Shown piece after piece: positions 37,263 through 47,368 of a stretch of DNA of 64,000 bases. The position numbers were made by a program, and so were the translations under genes. The DNA comes from a virus. The DNA is taken from positions 1-64,000 of the IMG/VR virus record IMGVR_UViG_3300032053_000038. The stretch is one strand, 5' to 3'. The notes under the pieces are model-generated. The model was not told the DNA's origin and did not search any database. It saw only the letters and a program-made list of their open reading frames with translations. How positions within the stretch are numbered: the first letter of the stretch is position 1; each line of letters opens with the position of its first letter.

Positions 37263-39286
37263 TAAATGGTAAACTTAACGTTAATCCACCGAAGGGTTCT
37301 TACAGGCTGAATCTTAAACGATACATCGATCTGTCGGGGATCCAGCGAATTAATAGTCGAACGAATGTTACTGTAACTATTAAGAATTGTTAAAGCAACT
37401 AAGTTATCTAGAATGGTCTGAATAGTGGCTATTACTAGGTTAGGTGTATCCGGTAGTAACTTAACACCTATGAAGATGTTCTCAAGTAGTCGCCGAATTA
37501 CCTTTGCAGTAAAGTCAGTGATTTCAGTAACAGCAAATTCCTGACCATCTACTGTAGAGCGATCAGCTGTAGTATCTTCTGTAATACGGGCAATGGTATC
37601 AATAGTTTCAATTACAGTTACACCACCGTTTCTAAGTAAGAGCTTGTCTGTTCTAAGAAGACCAGTTATCACCGTCTGAAAACCAGTTACTTCCTTTCTA
37701 AGCAGCGGTTCGGCTACGTCATAGTTTGCATTAATACGAATACCAGCTACAGCAGCTGCTAGGAAGGAACCATCTAGAGCAGTTTCTGTTCCATTTAATA
37801 GCATCGTTACAGATGATGGATACACCAGCATGATTCTACGGCCATTACCACCAGAGGCTAATGCTGCCGCATAACCAGTTGCCTGAGCGACGGAAGGATT
37901 ACCCTGTAGCCCAAGAATCGATGTTCTCTCTTTCTTCTCAAGAGGCGCACTGGAATTCACTACATGAGATAGAACGAAAGAGTATAAGTTAGGATCAGCG
38001 GTTAGTGGAACCACGATGTTAACATTTTCGACAGCAGCTAGTCTGTTAAGAGCATTAATATATCCAAGAAGATCAGGCTGATCGGCCGGATTAATCTGAA
38101 CTGCTACGATTCCACCTGTATTACCACTATTCTCGAAGATAAGCTGAGAGCCTAGGGACAATGAGTTAGCAACACTCGGATCTCCATAAGTGGCCATTAA
38201 CTGATCGTGGCTGCTGAAGAACTGCGGCGCATAGTCAGCAGTTACTTTAGGAGTATTATACGTTAAGGAATAAGTAACAGCAGCTACAGGCTCTTTAGGA
38301 GATAATGCAATTAGCCCACCGAAGAAGCCTAGTAATGTGTTAGCTGAGCCATTTCCAATAGAAAGGCTTGCGTTATCAGTTTCAGTAGTTTCTACTTTAA
38401 TATACTTACTGGAAACAACAGATACAGTTACACCTAAGAAGCCAGCACTCAGGGCAACTTGAACAGCTGCAGCGTTCGCATAAACACCGCTGAGCGTAAC
38501 TGCTTGGAGTTGATCTACGTAACCACTTCCAGTAGTATCATGGACAATAATAGAGAAGACGGCTGGAGTAGCGAAAGTAATGCCACCACTAAGATCTACA
38601 CTTCCAGTAAAAGCAGCTGCGAAAGCGGGACTCCAGTCTACATCTCCACCAGCGCGTTCGGTACCAGTATTAGTGATACCTAGCTTAAGATCCCCGGCAA
38701 TATCATTTAATGTTCCAACAGTAACAACTGCGGAGCTACTAGCACCAGCTACTCCAGAAGTCAATGTATAAACTCCAGCAGCAAATACCGCTGTGAAATC
38801 GCTATAGACTAATGCATTAGCTATGCTAATGGGGGTTAACGCTCTCACAGCTACTTGAATGGCGGCGGCAATGAGTGATCCAGTTGTTAACAAAGTTGTC
38901 GTAATTGAAACAGTCTGAACCCCATCACCGTTAAGATTAATCTTAAAGGTGCCAGGAGTTGCATGAGCAGATAGATCCGCAGATGCTCCACCACCAGATA
39001 CACTTGTACCATATGATAGAATATAATCTAGGTCCCGAGTATACTGGACCATGTTAACATCCATAATATTTGCAGGCAAAGCAGTAGCCTTCGGGGTTAG
39101 AACATCATAAGAAAGAGTTCCTGATCGGGTAATGGTACTCGATTGAACTAACTTAGTTATCTCTCCCTTTCCTATAAGGCCTACTGTCCTTACACCGCCA
39201 GGAACTGAGGGAAGAGCTGTTGATGGTACGAATTGAACAACTACTCCGGACTCAGCGTTCTGCGCGCTTAATGGTGCTTCACTCAT
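37262..39286 (-). CDS. Contractile tail sheath protein
   Basis: VGLIGKG, YGDP, KKERTSILG, LAAAVAG, EPLLRKEVTGF, DPRQIDVSFKIQPV..WINVKF. Confidence 0.92.
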   Translation of the reverse strand: MSEAPLSAQNAESGVVVQFVPSTALPSVPGGVRTVGLIGKGEITKLVQSSTITRSGTLSYDVLTPKATALPANIMDVNMVQYTRDLDYILSYGTSVSGGGASADLSAHATPGTFKINLNGDGVQTVSITTTLLTTGSLIAAAIQVAVRALTPISIANALVYSDFTAVFAAGVYTLTSGVAGASSSAVVTVGTLNDIAGDLKLGITNTGTERAGGDVDWSPAFAAAFTGSVDLSGGITFATPAVFSIIVHDTTGSGYVDQLQAVTLSGVYANAAAVQVALSAGFLGVTVSVVSSKYIKVETTETDNASLSIGNGSANTLLGFFGGLIALSPKEPVAAVTYSLTYNTPKVTADYAPQFFSSHDQLMATYGDPSVANSLSLGSQLIFENSGNTGGIVAVQINPADQPDLLGYINALNRLAAVENVNIVVPLTADPNLYSFVLSHVVNSSAPLEKKERTSILGLQGNPSVAQATGYAAALASGGNGRRIMLVYPSSVTMLLNGTETALDGSFLAAAVAGIRINANYDVAEPLLRKEVTGFQTVITGLLRTDKLLLRNGGVTVIETIDTIARITEDTTADRSTVDGQEFAVTEITDFTAKVIRRLLENIFIGVKLLPDTPNLVIATIQTILDNLVALTILNSYSNIRSTINSLDPRQIDVSFKIQPVRTLRWINVKFTI

Positions 39287-39377
39287 TTTATTTCTCCAAT
39301 AAATTTAGCTTTTTAACAATATCAACCCTTTGGAAAGAGGTTTTCTTCTTTTTCTTGAGAACACTTCGTGCAATTCA

Positions 39378-39995
39378 TTAGAAATCTACTTTGAAATCTT
39401 GTGCTATAAAATCAGTATAAATATGACCACTGAAATTATCCACAGTGGAATTAGGATCGATAGTTGATTCTTCAACCCACTCTGCATAAAGTTTCATCTC
39501 TATGCCAGAAGTATAATACCAACGATCGTTAATATATTCTCGTCCATCTCTCGATAATGACGTTCTGATAATACCCACACCTCTATCAGCTAGGTCATCA
39601 GTTACAATCTTTAATTTTTGATACATCCTGTCCATTACTTCGTCGCGAGTAATCACATCTAGAGACATAGCTGTTACCCCAACGGTAAATGTAATGGGTG
39701 CGCCTCTTCTTTCTACCTGATTACCATTTTCAACTGAATATTGAAAATAATCTTCCTGTAAGAATCTTTGCTCTTCTCCCGACAACGTCATTACGTTAAT
39801 TGAAGGAAGAAAATAAAAATCTTGCGGCGTTGCATCATTAATCGCTATCTTAGTACAATCCCAAACAACCTGATGTGTCACAGGATCTTCTACATAAGTA
39901 TAAAGTGCATCTGTAGAAAAGACTCGACGAAACTCTAAAATAATAGCATCGCGAACTCGCTTCGCGATTAGTGGTCCCAGAACATACTCTGGCAT
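39378..39995 (-). CDS. Tail terminator / completion protein
   Basis: Position before sheath; LPSINV..RDEVMD pattern. Confidence 0.6.
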   Translation of the reverse strand: MPEYVLGPLIAKRVRDAIILEFRRVFSTDALYTYVEDPVTHQVVWDCTKIAINDATPQDFYFLPSINVMTLSGEEQRFLQEDYFQYSVENGNQVERRGAPITFTVGVTAMSLDVITRDEVMDRMYQKLKIVTDDLADRGVGIIRTSLSRDGREYINDRWYYTSGIEMKLYAEWVEESTIDPNSTVDNFSGHIYTDFIAQDFKVDF

Positions 39996-40039
39996 TAGAT
40001 TATTCCTTGATTTTTAAGAACCAAATAAATATCATTTGA

Positions 40040-40606
40040 TTAAGGTGCAGGCGGCACAACAGGGCACGTTAAGCCTGTCATATTGGTAGGTAATCCCTCA
40101 ATAGCAACATTGTAAATAGGATTACTCCGCTCAATCTCTGTAGATGTAAATAGTTGTCTTAATATATGGTGACGCCATTTAGTCTGTTGTACGTTATTAA
40201 TCCAAAATCTCTGATTGTTTCGACGTACAAAGAAGTCCTTATTGTCTATTCGGGGCTCCCATAAAGCCCAATCAGTAGACGTAAAATCGCGCCTTAGGCC
40301 CTGTTCGTAAACACGTATCTGTTGAGCTGCTACAGTGCTAAAACTAATAAAAATTTCGAATGGCCCAAAGTATCCACCCACGAAACCAGTACCATAACAA
40401 ATTGTATCAGTAAGATCAACCTTATGCTGCCTTCTGACAGTGTCGAAGTTAGGACATACTACTCCAGCCCACATCCTCTTATAAAGGAGAACGCGCTCGC
40501 CACCCATCGCTTGCATCCACCGTAAGCGATCTCTTATATCAAGAAATCTTTCTACTGGTGGATCAATGCGATCCTCTACAGCTGGAAGAATTTGTAAGTG
40601 ACTCAC
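40040..40606 (-). CDS. Head closure / neck protein
   Basis: GERVLLYKR..G..CP..CYGTGFVGGY, W..EPRI..D..R. Confidence 0.7.
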   Translation of the reverse strand: MSHLQILPAVEDRIDPPVERFLDIRDRLRWMQAMGGERVLLYKRMWAGVVCPNFDTVRRQHKVDLTDTICYGTGFVGGYFGPFEIFISFSTVAAQQIRVYEQGLRRDFTSTDWALWEPRIDNKDFFVRRNNQRFWINNVQQTKWRHHILRQLFTSTEIERSNPIYNVAIEGLPTNMTGLTCPVVPPAP

Positions 40607-40607
40607 T

Positions 40608-41183
40608 TTACACCCTCAAGTAGCTAACTAATAATGTTCCCGATACAGGAGCTGTATTCACCGTAAGAGTAGCCTGATTTGTTCCTTCTGTATAATCGGT
40701 TCCTCGAATAAGTAAATGAGATGTAGATCCGACGTTAAGAACTACTTGGGTTGTATTATATCTAAATAAAGAAGCTGTTGTAAAGGCGTGGTTTGATCCG
40801 TCGATAGCACCTGAAGGTATCTCACCCATTACAAAGGAATCAAAGGTAACTGTAGTAGCTCTGAATGGTTTTTCTTCAAAGCCGTCAAAAGTTGTATCTG
40901 AAACTGGAGGTGTTTGAGAAATATCACTGCTCATCCCAGAAGCATCAACAGCTACTACTTTATAAAAGAAGTTTAATCCAAAGGTATAAGGAACCTTATC
41001 GACATACTGTTTGTAAGGAGATATGATGTCAGCAATTTTTGCATAACTTTCATATTCAAGATTTGAACGCCAAACCTGATAGATAGTTACACCCTCCGCA
41101 GCGTCATTTAATTCCCACTCAACCAGTATACGACGACCGGCGAGCAAATTAGTGACGACCGGATGCCTAACTATACTAGGCAT
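40608..41183 (-). CDS. FnIII + Ig-like structural protein
   Basis: YQVWRS..YVD..FFYKVVAVD.SG..S; EIPSGAIDG..GTDYT. Confidence 0.7.
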   Translation of the reverse strand: MPSIVRHPVVTNLLAGRRILVEWELNDAAEGVTIYQVWRSNLEYESYAKIADIISPYKQYVDKVPYTFGLNFFYKVVAVDASGMSSDISQTPPVSDTTFDGFEEKPFRATTVTFDSFVMGEIPSGAIDGSNHAFTTASLFRYNTTQVVLNVGSTSHLLIRGTDYTEGTNQATLTVNTAPVSGTLLVSYLRV

Positions 41184-41713
41184 TATTCAACCTCACAAAC
41201 GCAAGGCATTGTGTCGCAAGTTTCACAGGTACCACTATATCTAATCACAATATTACTAGGGAGTTCAATGATACCTAGATACGCGCGCTTATCATTAATA
41301 ATAATTGAATCTCCTGCGAAGAGGAGCTCCACCTTATCATTTATAGCTGTCTTATTAACCTCTGCAACGGCTCCAGCAGATAGAACTATAGCATACGTGC
41401 CGACCTTCTCAACATTGTCGGAAACATAATCTGTAATGACCAGGTTGCCTTGTGAATCCAAAAAGATATCTTTTTCACAAGCGTAGTCGCTGACTAGTTC
41501 AACTACATCACCTGTTCTAAAAGAATTAGTAGGTAGATGCTTTTGAATATCAACATCTTCGACATCTCCCATTGTTTTCACTAATTCCTTAACAGTTTCC
41601 ACGTTCCATTTCTTGTCGGCGGAAACGCGAAGATCTACAGTAACTCTATATAGACCATCTAGTTCCTGCTCTCCCGATGCTTCTTTTGTCGACAAACTAG
41701 TCAGTTTCTCCAT
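41183..41713 (-). CDS. Hypothetical protein
   Basis: Acidic; C-terminal CETCDTMPCVC. Confidence 0.65.
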   Translation of the reverse strand: MEKLTSLSTKEASGEQELDGLYRVTVDLRVSADKKWNVETVKELVKTMGDVEDVDIQKHLPTNSFRTGDVVELVSDYACEKDIFLDSQGNLVITDYVSDNVEKVGTYAIVLSAGAVAEVNKTAINDKVELLFAGDSIIINDKRAYLGIIELPSNIVIRYSGTCETCDTMPCVCEVE

Positions 41714-41767
41714 AATATTCTTATCCTATTAATAAATGACATTATACTAAATAGTCGGTTATTTTCC

Positions 41768-42655
41768 TTACTTTAAAGAATCTAGGCCAGTGAAATTACC
41801 TGTTTTAATGTCATGTTCCCAAATACGAGCAACAACATATCCGGCTTTTTTTAATTGGGAATCAACAAAATTATCATGACTTCTAGTGTATTTAAGTCCG
41901 GAATTTCTATCACTTACATTACAAGTAGGACACCCATGCCAATAACATCCGTCGGCATAGATACAAATATTTGGTTTAATAAAGACATCAGGAACCGTAA
42001 GATTTATAATTTTAGGGTGCAACTCAAATGAAACACCTCGACGAGTAAGTTCCGCTTGAAGGGCAATTTCGATAGAGGTATTTTTAAAAATTTCAGGCTG
42101 ATTCATTCGATTTTCACGACACTGTTGACTCCACGCTACAGTTTCAGTTAGAGCTTTATGAGGACCTGCTACCAATTGAATGTTCAATTTATTTGCTCTA
42201 TCACGTACAGAGGATTGTGAGCAGCTAAGTTCTTTAGCTAAATTTAAAATTCCTCTAAATTCTACTGCTTCCCTAAAAAGTCCATCAGGAATAGATAGCA
42301 TTTGATGATTACGTCTATGAGGCTGCTTTCGATTACGTTGTATATTTAACTCAGTCATTCGCGCAACTATTTGACCTGGATGAGAATCATACTTAGTAGC
42401 CACTTGCTTAATAGTATTACTCTTTAAAAGTAACTCTAAATTTTCTTTCGTAAGATGACTAAGTTTTTTAACAACTAAGGGTTTGTGACAAAATTTACCA
42501 ATAGGAATATTATAGTGATTAAATACTTTTACCAGAGTAGCATAGTCACATTGAACAGTATCAGCTACTTTATAGATGTTACGTTGTTCGTCGTAGATAT
42601 TGATTAAATCTTCTTTTTTATAGACCGATAAAATATTTTGTATTGAGTTTCTCAT
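41768..42655 (-). mobile_element. Free-standing homing-type endonuclease (HTH repeats + Vsr/DUF559-like domain)
   Basis: TSIE..L, PDVF..IYADGCYWHGC, D..L..AGY.V.RIWEHDI; AT-rich; own TTGATT..TATAAG promoter. Confidence 0.8.
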
Positions 42656-42698
42656 ATATCTTATAACAAATAGATAATAGAAATCAATGGCGTTTCGG

Positions 42699-43190
42699 TT
42701 AAAAGCTACTCCAGAGGAAGCTGGACCCTAAACTTATTTTTAAGAATTGACCTAGCTGACTTTGATACCGAGGAGTACCTAAACCACGACCACCCTGCGC
42801 AATAATACGGGTCTTTTTAAAGTTAGTAATCATTCGCTCGTAGGCTTTTGTCATGGTAATGAGAGAGGCATTAATCTTGGAGGTTTGATCTATAGCAACA
42901 GTAACGCCTTGATCGCTCCAAGAGAAGTCATCAAGAGTAGCTCTCATCTGCATAAAAACTGATGCGTAGTAGCTAGCACCGAATCGAATAATAGGGGATA
43001 GTGTCCCAGGCATCGAGTCTATTGTGTAATATTCAGCTGGAGGAACGTTGTTAATATCAGACAAGACTATCTCTAAAAACTGTAGAACTCTTGCCGGTGT
43101 AGCCGTACCTCGAAAACGTTCAGGCATCAATACATAAGCTTCCTGGACTAGCTGTTGCTCCTTAGCTGTTAAAACTTCTCCGGTTGGCAT
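42699..43190 (-). CDS. Head-tail adaptor / neck protein
   Basis: SDINNVPP, DFSWSDQGVTVAID; AGGAGG RBS. Confidence 0.65.
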   Translation of the reverse strand: MPTGEVLTAKEQQLVQEAYVLMPERFRGTATPARVLQFLEIVLSDINNVPPAEYYTIDSMPGTLSPIIRFGASYYASVFMQMRATLDDFSWSDQGVTVAIDQTSKINASLITMTKAYERMITNFKKTRIIAQGGRGLGTPRYQSQLGQFLKISLGSSFLWSSF

Positions 43191-43193
43191 ATA

Positions 43194-43370
43194 TTATGGC
43201 CTCCTAATCCACCAGACCCAATCGTCGGATTTGATTAAACCTTTTTCGAGTAAGTCTTGTTTAGTTGCTTTCCGAAGACACTGCTTATGAAAAGTATACT
43301 CTTTACCTTGAGTGTATATCTTCTTTTTGTCAGAAGCCTTTACCAATTCATTACACAGAGCGCAAATCAT
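43194..43370 (-). CDS. 58-aa Zn-finger protein (not in ORF track)
   Basis: MICALCNE..FHKQCL..DDWVWWIRRP*; fills the gap exactly. Confidence 0.65.
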   Translation of the reverse strand: MICALCNELVKASDKKKIYTQGKEYTFHKQCLRKATKQDLLEKGLIKSDDWVWWIRRP

Positions 43371-43678
43371 AATTCGTTAATAACTCTGTTGAGACATTTC
43401 ACACAAATTACTTCGTCTCGTAATTCAAACTTTCTTTTTGAGATTCTGTGCCAGATCTGCTTATTAAGTACGTTGTCGTGTGTACAAAGTAACTGACGCT
43501 TCTTAAGAGCAAGAGCTTCTAATAGCGTTAACTGTTTAGGTAGCTCTTCACAACTGATGGGATTGCCTGGAGTTACTACTTCCATAGGTAATATTTGGGC
43601 AACTACATCTTTAACATCAGCTTTTAAAGTCTGAATTGTTTTAAATGCGTAATAGTTTAATGTATCGTTCCAGTTCAT
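43367..43678 (-). CDS. Hypothetical protein
   Basis: Coupled ORF, CTH..CVKC. Confidence 0.65.
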   Translation of the reverse strand: MNWNDTLNYYAFKTIQTLKADVKDVVAQILPMEVVTPGNPISCEELPKQLTLLEALALKKRQLLCTHDNVLNKQIWHRISKRKFELRDEVICVKCLNRVINEL

Positions 43679-43986
43679 TATTTTTCGACGAAGTAATAAA
43701 GAATGCCATTCGTAACAGATGTTACTAAAAAAGTAACTAAAGCTACGCCTGCGGCCATCTTACCAGAGATACCTCTTACTTGTTCGACTAATCCCGGCTT
43801 ATCACCATCAATACCATATACAGTTGCTTCTAGACGGTCACATCTCTTACAGCTAGTTTTATGATAATCATCAACTTTATTAGAAAGATTCTTTTGATCA
43901 GTTTTAATTTCTCTCTGATCAGTTTTAATTTCTCCAACTAGCTTCATTAGGTCCGACCGCCACTGAATATCTTCATTACGGGGCAT
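43678..43986 (-). CDS. Coiled-coil protein with C-terminal TM helix
   Basis: AAGGAG RBS; GLVEQV then hydrophobic segment. Confidence 0.7.
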   Translation of the reverse strand: MPRNEDIQWRSDLMKLVGEIKTDQREIKTDQKNLSNKVDDYHKTSCKRCDRLEATVYGIDGDKPGLVEQVRGISGKMAAGVALVTFLVTSVTNGILYYFVEK

Positions 43987-44051
43987 TTGATTGCTCCTTT
44001 CTCTTACGTGGCGCTAAGCGTGCGTCTAATAAGCTATTCTATAAATACTAA

Positions 44052-44480
44052 TTACTCTGCGCTAACGGTTACAGTAGAGGCATCACTTGTTACACTATTG
44101 CCACCAACGGTAACTACACAAGAGTAGCTTCCACTATCACCAACGGCACTAGGATCTATCGAAAGAGAAGCAGAGGTAGCATCCTGAATATTATCTTCGC
44201 CCTTCTTCCATTGATAAGACTTTACGCCATCAGCTACAGCACTCACACCGAGAGAAATTGCTGCAGGTGCTATTACGCTAAGGTCGCTCATCGGCGCCAC
44301 AAATATTCCATTGCCTTCTTTATAGCCGATACCTACTTTATCGGGAGTTAGTATCCAAGAACCAGCAGCATCACCATACTGTGCTCTAATCTCATTGCCA
44401 TGAGTGGTAACGAAATCAGCATCAGCAACGATAACGGCCTTTACCTTTGTATCAATTCCTACGAGTGCGTATTCTGCCAT
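44052..44480 (-). CDS. Fibre-partner protein with Ig domain
   Basis: MAEYALV..VIVAD, GIGY; YQWKK..I..AT..L.I..DSGSYSCVVT. Confidence 0.75.
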   Translation of the reverse strand: MAEYALVGIDTKVKAVIVADADFVTTHGNEIRAQYGDAAGSWILTPDKVGIGYKEGNGIFVAPMSDLSVIAPAAISLGVSAVADGVKSYQWKKGEDNIQDATSASLSIDPSAVGDSGSYSCVVTVGGNSVTSDASTVTVSAE

Positions 44481-44499
44481 CTTTGTATCTCCTATTAAA

Positions 44500-45357
44500 T
44501 TATTCGTACCACATTACGAAACAGTATCCACTACCACCATTGCCGCCGTTATAGGTGGAACTAGTGCCACCACCGCCCCCACCCGTATTTGCGACACCAT
44601 TTCCCCCGCCAGTGAAAGAACCATCTCCCCCGCCACTGCTACCTGCACCACATGAGTAGGTACTGCCGCCTCCGCCGCCTCCGCCACCAAAAGCAGTTAA
44701 GCTAGTAGAACCACTAAAACATATTCCGCAGCCACCGTTTCCAGCAGCTATTTGAGGACCTCCCGCTGCACCAAAAGCACAGCCCCCACCCCCACCAGTC
44801 GAACCATTACCACCATTTCTTGAATTTAATTGCGAATCCGTTCCAGAACCTACGCGCACAGCATTGCCGCCAAAGGTCGAAGCACCGCCTCCACCCCCAC
44901 CAGCCGAATTGTTCGTCGAAGTTGTGGAACAACCGCCTCCGCCTCCACAACCTCCAGAGCCGCCAATATTACCATCAGTGGAGGAATTACCACTCCCTCC
45001 TCCTCCACCCCCTCCCTGAGCAGTTAATAAGGCACCAAAGGTACTAGAAGTACCAGTACTACCAGAACTACCAGAAGTGCTACCACCCCCAGCACCTCCG
45101 CTACCAAGAGTAACAGAAACATTCCCAGCAACAGTTACAAATGAATGTACGACTGCGCCCCCACCGCCACCGCCACCAGCCGGTATAGAAGTATTTGCTT
45201 TTGAACCCCCACCGCCGCCGCCACCACCTACAAGAAATACTTCTGCAGTATTTACTCCGGAAGGTTTAGTCCAAGTACCCGAAGAAAGAAATTCTTGAAA
45301 TTTAAAAGTTTTACCAGAACCGCTAGAACCACCAAGTCCCGTTAATGTAATTGTCAT
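44500..45357 (-). CDS. Glycine-rich fibre/adhesin A (start MTITL)
   Basis: FLSSGTWTKPSGV..VFLVGGGGGG, ANTGGGGGG, GGSG ending. Confidence 0.8.
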   Translation of the reverse strand: MTITLTGLGGSSGSGKTFKFQEFLSSGTWTKPSGVNTAEVFLVGGGGGGGGSKANTSIPAGGGGGGGAVVHSFVTVAGNVSVTLGSGGAGGGSTSGSSGSTGTSSTFGALLTAQGGGGGGGSGNSSTDGNIGGSGGCGGGGGCSTTSTNNSAGGGGGGASTFGGNAVRVGSGTDSQLNSRNGGNGSTGGGGGCAFGAAGGPQIAAGNGGCGICFSGSTSLTAFGGGGGGGGSTYSCGAGSSGGGDGSFTGGGNGVANTGGGGGGTSSTYNGGNGGSGYCFVMWYE

Positions 45358-45359
45358 AA

Positions 45360-45782
45360 TTATTGAGTCCTTGTTATCCAGACCCATACATCAACTGAGC
45401 CTGCAGATAAAGTATTTAGATTAACATTTGAAGTTAGAGCTAACCTGATAGAAGTTGCTGAGCCATGATTTTCACTTCCAACTACGCTATTAATATTAAA
45501 GGTAGTAGCAGCAACAGGATTAGCAGTAGCATCTATCTCATACTGAGGATGATACTTAGTAAGAGTTCCTACAATACCTACGCTTGCCTTACAGGTAGTC
45601 TGACCCGCAGCAACAAAGCCGGTAGAGTGTTTCATCTTTACCATAGTAATAATACCCGCAGCAGGAAGGGAAAGTAGTTCCACATCACCTGTAACTGCGG
45701 CGAATCCAGAGAAAGCTGTATAAGGAACTGTGACCCTAGCTAAGCTTCCTTCTTGACTAAGATTTATTGAAGTTTGACTCAT
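45360..45782 (-). CDS. Small beta-sandwich fibre/decoration protein
   Basis: Homologous to the C-domain of 47369 (VPY..F, LPA, AGSV). Confidence 0.7.
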   Translation of the reverse strand: MSQTSINLSQEGSLARVTVPYTAFSGFAAVTGDVELLSLPAAGIITMVKMKHSTGFVAAGQTTCKASVGIVGTLTKYHPQYEIDATANPVAATTFNINSVVGSENHGSATSIRLALTSNVNLNTLSAGSVDVWVWITRTQ

Positions 45783-45794
45783 AGTTTAAATTCC

Positions 45795-46196
45795 TTACCA
45801 AGTAAATGCTAATACCGCTGCAACAGTCTCTAAAGCATTGATATCACTTTCTGCTTGTGTTTGTGCCGTACGGAAAGCTTGAATACCACTTTTAATAGCT
45901 ATGGTAGTAGATTCATCATAGAATCCATTGGCACAGTTAGCTTGTTTCCAGATAGGATAAGTGGCATAAATACGAGTTTGACATTCTTCTTTAGATTTAG
46001 TTATACTCCAAATTTTAGCGGTAGCGAGTTCAGCATTGAGGAGTTGTTGCTCAGTGGGTTTATCTGATTGATCGAGCCACTCTAATTTGGAGTAATCCTT
46101 CATATCTTCGCGGATACCCCACTGCTTTCCCGCCCAGCCACCATTCTGAAGAATCGTAGGTATATCAAGTACAAACATTTTTTTCTCCTCGCTCAA
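45795..46196 (-). CDS. Fibre assembly chaperone-like protein
   Basis: LEWLD..KPTEQQL, RIYATYPIWKQAN; follows a fibre-tip gene. Confidence 0.65.
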   Translation of the reverse strand: MSEEKKMFVLDIPTILQNGGWAGKQWGIREDMKDYSKLEWLDQSDKPTEQQLLNAELATAKIWSITKSKEECQTRIYATYPIWKQANCANGFYDESTTIAIKSGIQAFRTAQTQAESDINALETVAAVLAFTW

Positions 46197-46197
46197 A

Positions 46198-46689
46198 TTA
46201 TGCGACTATCTCCACAATCCTGATGAATGACCCAGCTCCATAGCTTGCTCCCAATTCCACATAATCGTGATTGAAACGTCCCTGGACTCCAGTATATGTC
46301 CCACCGCGTGCGGTTAATGTAACTGGCGATGTAGTCCCTGCGATCTTATACCCCTCACATCTAACTATAGTACGAGATAATGCGGTTGAAGCATGAGTCG
46401 TCGCGTTGATGAACGCCGTTGTTTCTGAACCGAAAAGCAACCCAACTTCTCCATAAAAAGCACCCCAAGGACTATTCAGTCCGCATTGTAGTACACAATG
46501 TAAAATGTTGCCCACCGCTTTCGGCGTAATTGTGGCAGTGAATAGCAACGCTCCATTTGAAGTGGTCATTGGACCGGCCATATTGATGGAAGCGGTCGTA
46601 TCCAAATATCCTAGCCAAGGCTGATGAACCACCTGAACTACACACCCCGGCAATGCATCTAATGATAAATTTAATTTTGTTTCAGCCAT
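46198..46689 (-). CDS. Fibre tip protein
   Basis: PGCVVQVV, ATITPK..N, SFIRIVEIVA end. Confidence 0.7.
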   Translation of the reverse strand: MAETKLNLSLDALPGCVVQVVHQPWLGYLDTTASINMAGPMTTSNGALLFTATITPKAVGNILHCVLQCGLNSPWGAFYGEVGLLFGSETTAFINATTHASTALSRTIVRCEGYKIAGTTSPVTLTARGGTYTGVQGRFNHDYVELGASYGAGSFIRIVEIVA

Positions 46690-46698
46690 ATGTTTACC

Positions 46699-47358
46699 TT
46701 ATGCGTACCACTCGACGCGGCAGTAACCCTGAGTTCCTAAACCTCCGGTGCCGCCGGCTAAAACGTTAGCCGTAGCAGCTTTGATTGCACCACTTCCTCC
46801 GCCACCGCCAGCGCCATAGCCGGCAGCAGTTGCACCAGCGTTGCCCACAGCCATACCGACGGCTGGAATTCCTCCCAGACCTCCTATACCGTAACTTGTA
46901 CTTCCTCCCACTCCTCCGTAACTAGAGTAAGCTGGCGTGCCGTCACCCAGACCTCCCTCAGTCCCCCAACTTGTTCCACTACCCGTCTGTCCCCTAGGGC
47001 CATTCGAAACGCCCGATACGGCTGTGCCCCCCGCAATTCCTCCAGAAGCGGAAACTGCTCCGAAGGAACTAGCAGAACCGTTTCCACCGCCACCTGCTCC
47101 AATAGTGATGAGCACGTCTCCCGCAACCATTACTGGAAGACGTATTTCTTGTCCTGCTGCACCACCCCCACCTCCTCCACACGCCTGTGCCGGTATAGAA
47201 CTATTGGTTCCGCCTCCTCCCCCTCCTTGACCTCCTCCCCCAAGTAGAGTAATTGTTACCGTACTAACGCCAGAAGGTCTAGTCCAAGTACCTGAAGAAG
47301 TGAATTCTTGAAAATAAAAAGTTTTACTAAAAGCGGAACCATCAGTTATAAAAGACAT
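46699..47358 (-). CDS. Glycine-rich fibre/adhesin B
   Basis: FTSSGTWTRPSGV..GGGGQGGGG, GYGAGGGG, GYCRVEW. Confidence 0.8.
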   Translation of the reverse strand: MSFITDGSAFSKTFYFQEFTSSGTWTRPSGVSTVTITLLGGGGQGGGGGGTNSSIPAQACGGGGGGAAGQEIRLPVMVAGDVLITIGAGGGGNGSASSFGAVSASGGIAGGTAVSGVSNGPRGQTGSGTSWGTEGGLGDGTPAYSSYGGVGGSTSYGIGGLGGIPAVGMAVGNAGATAAGYGAGGGGGSGAIKAATANVLAGGTGGLGTQGYCRVEWYA

Positions 47359-47368
47359 TTAATTCTCC

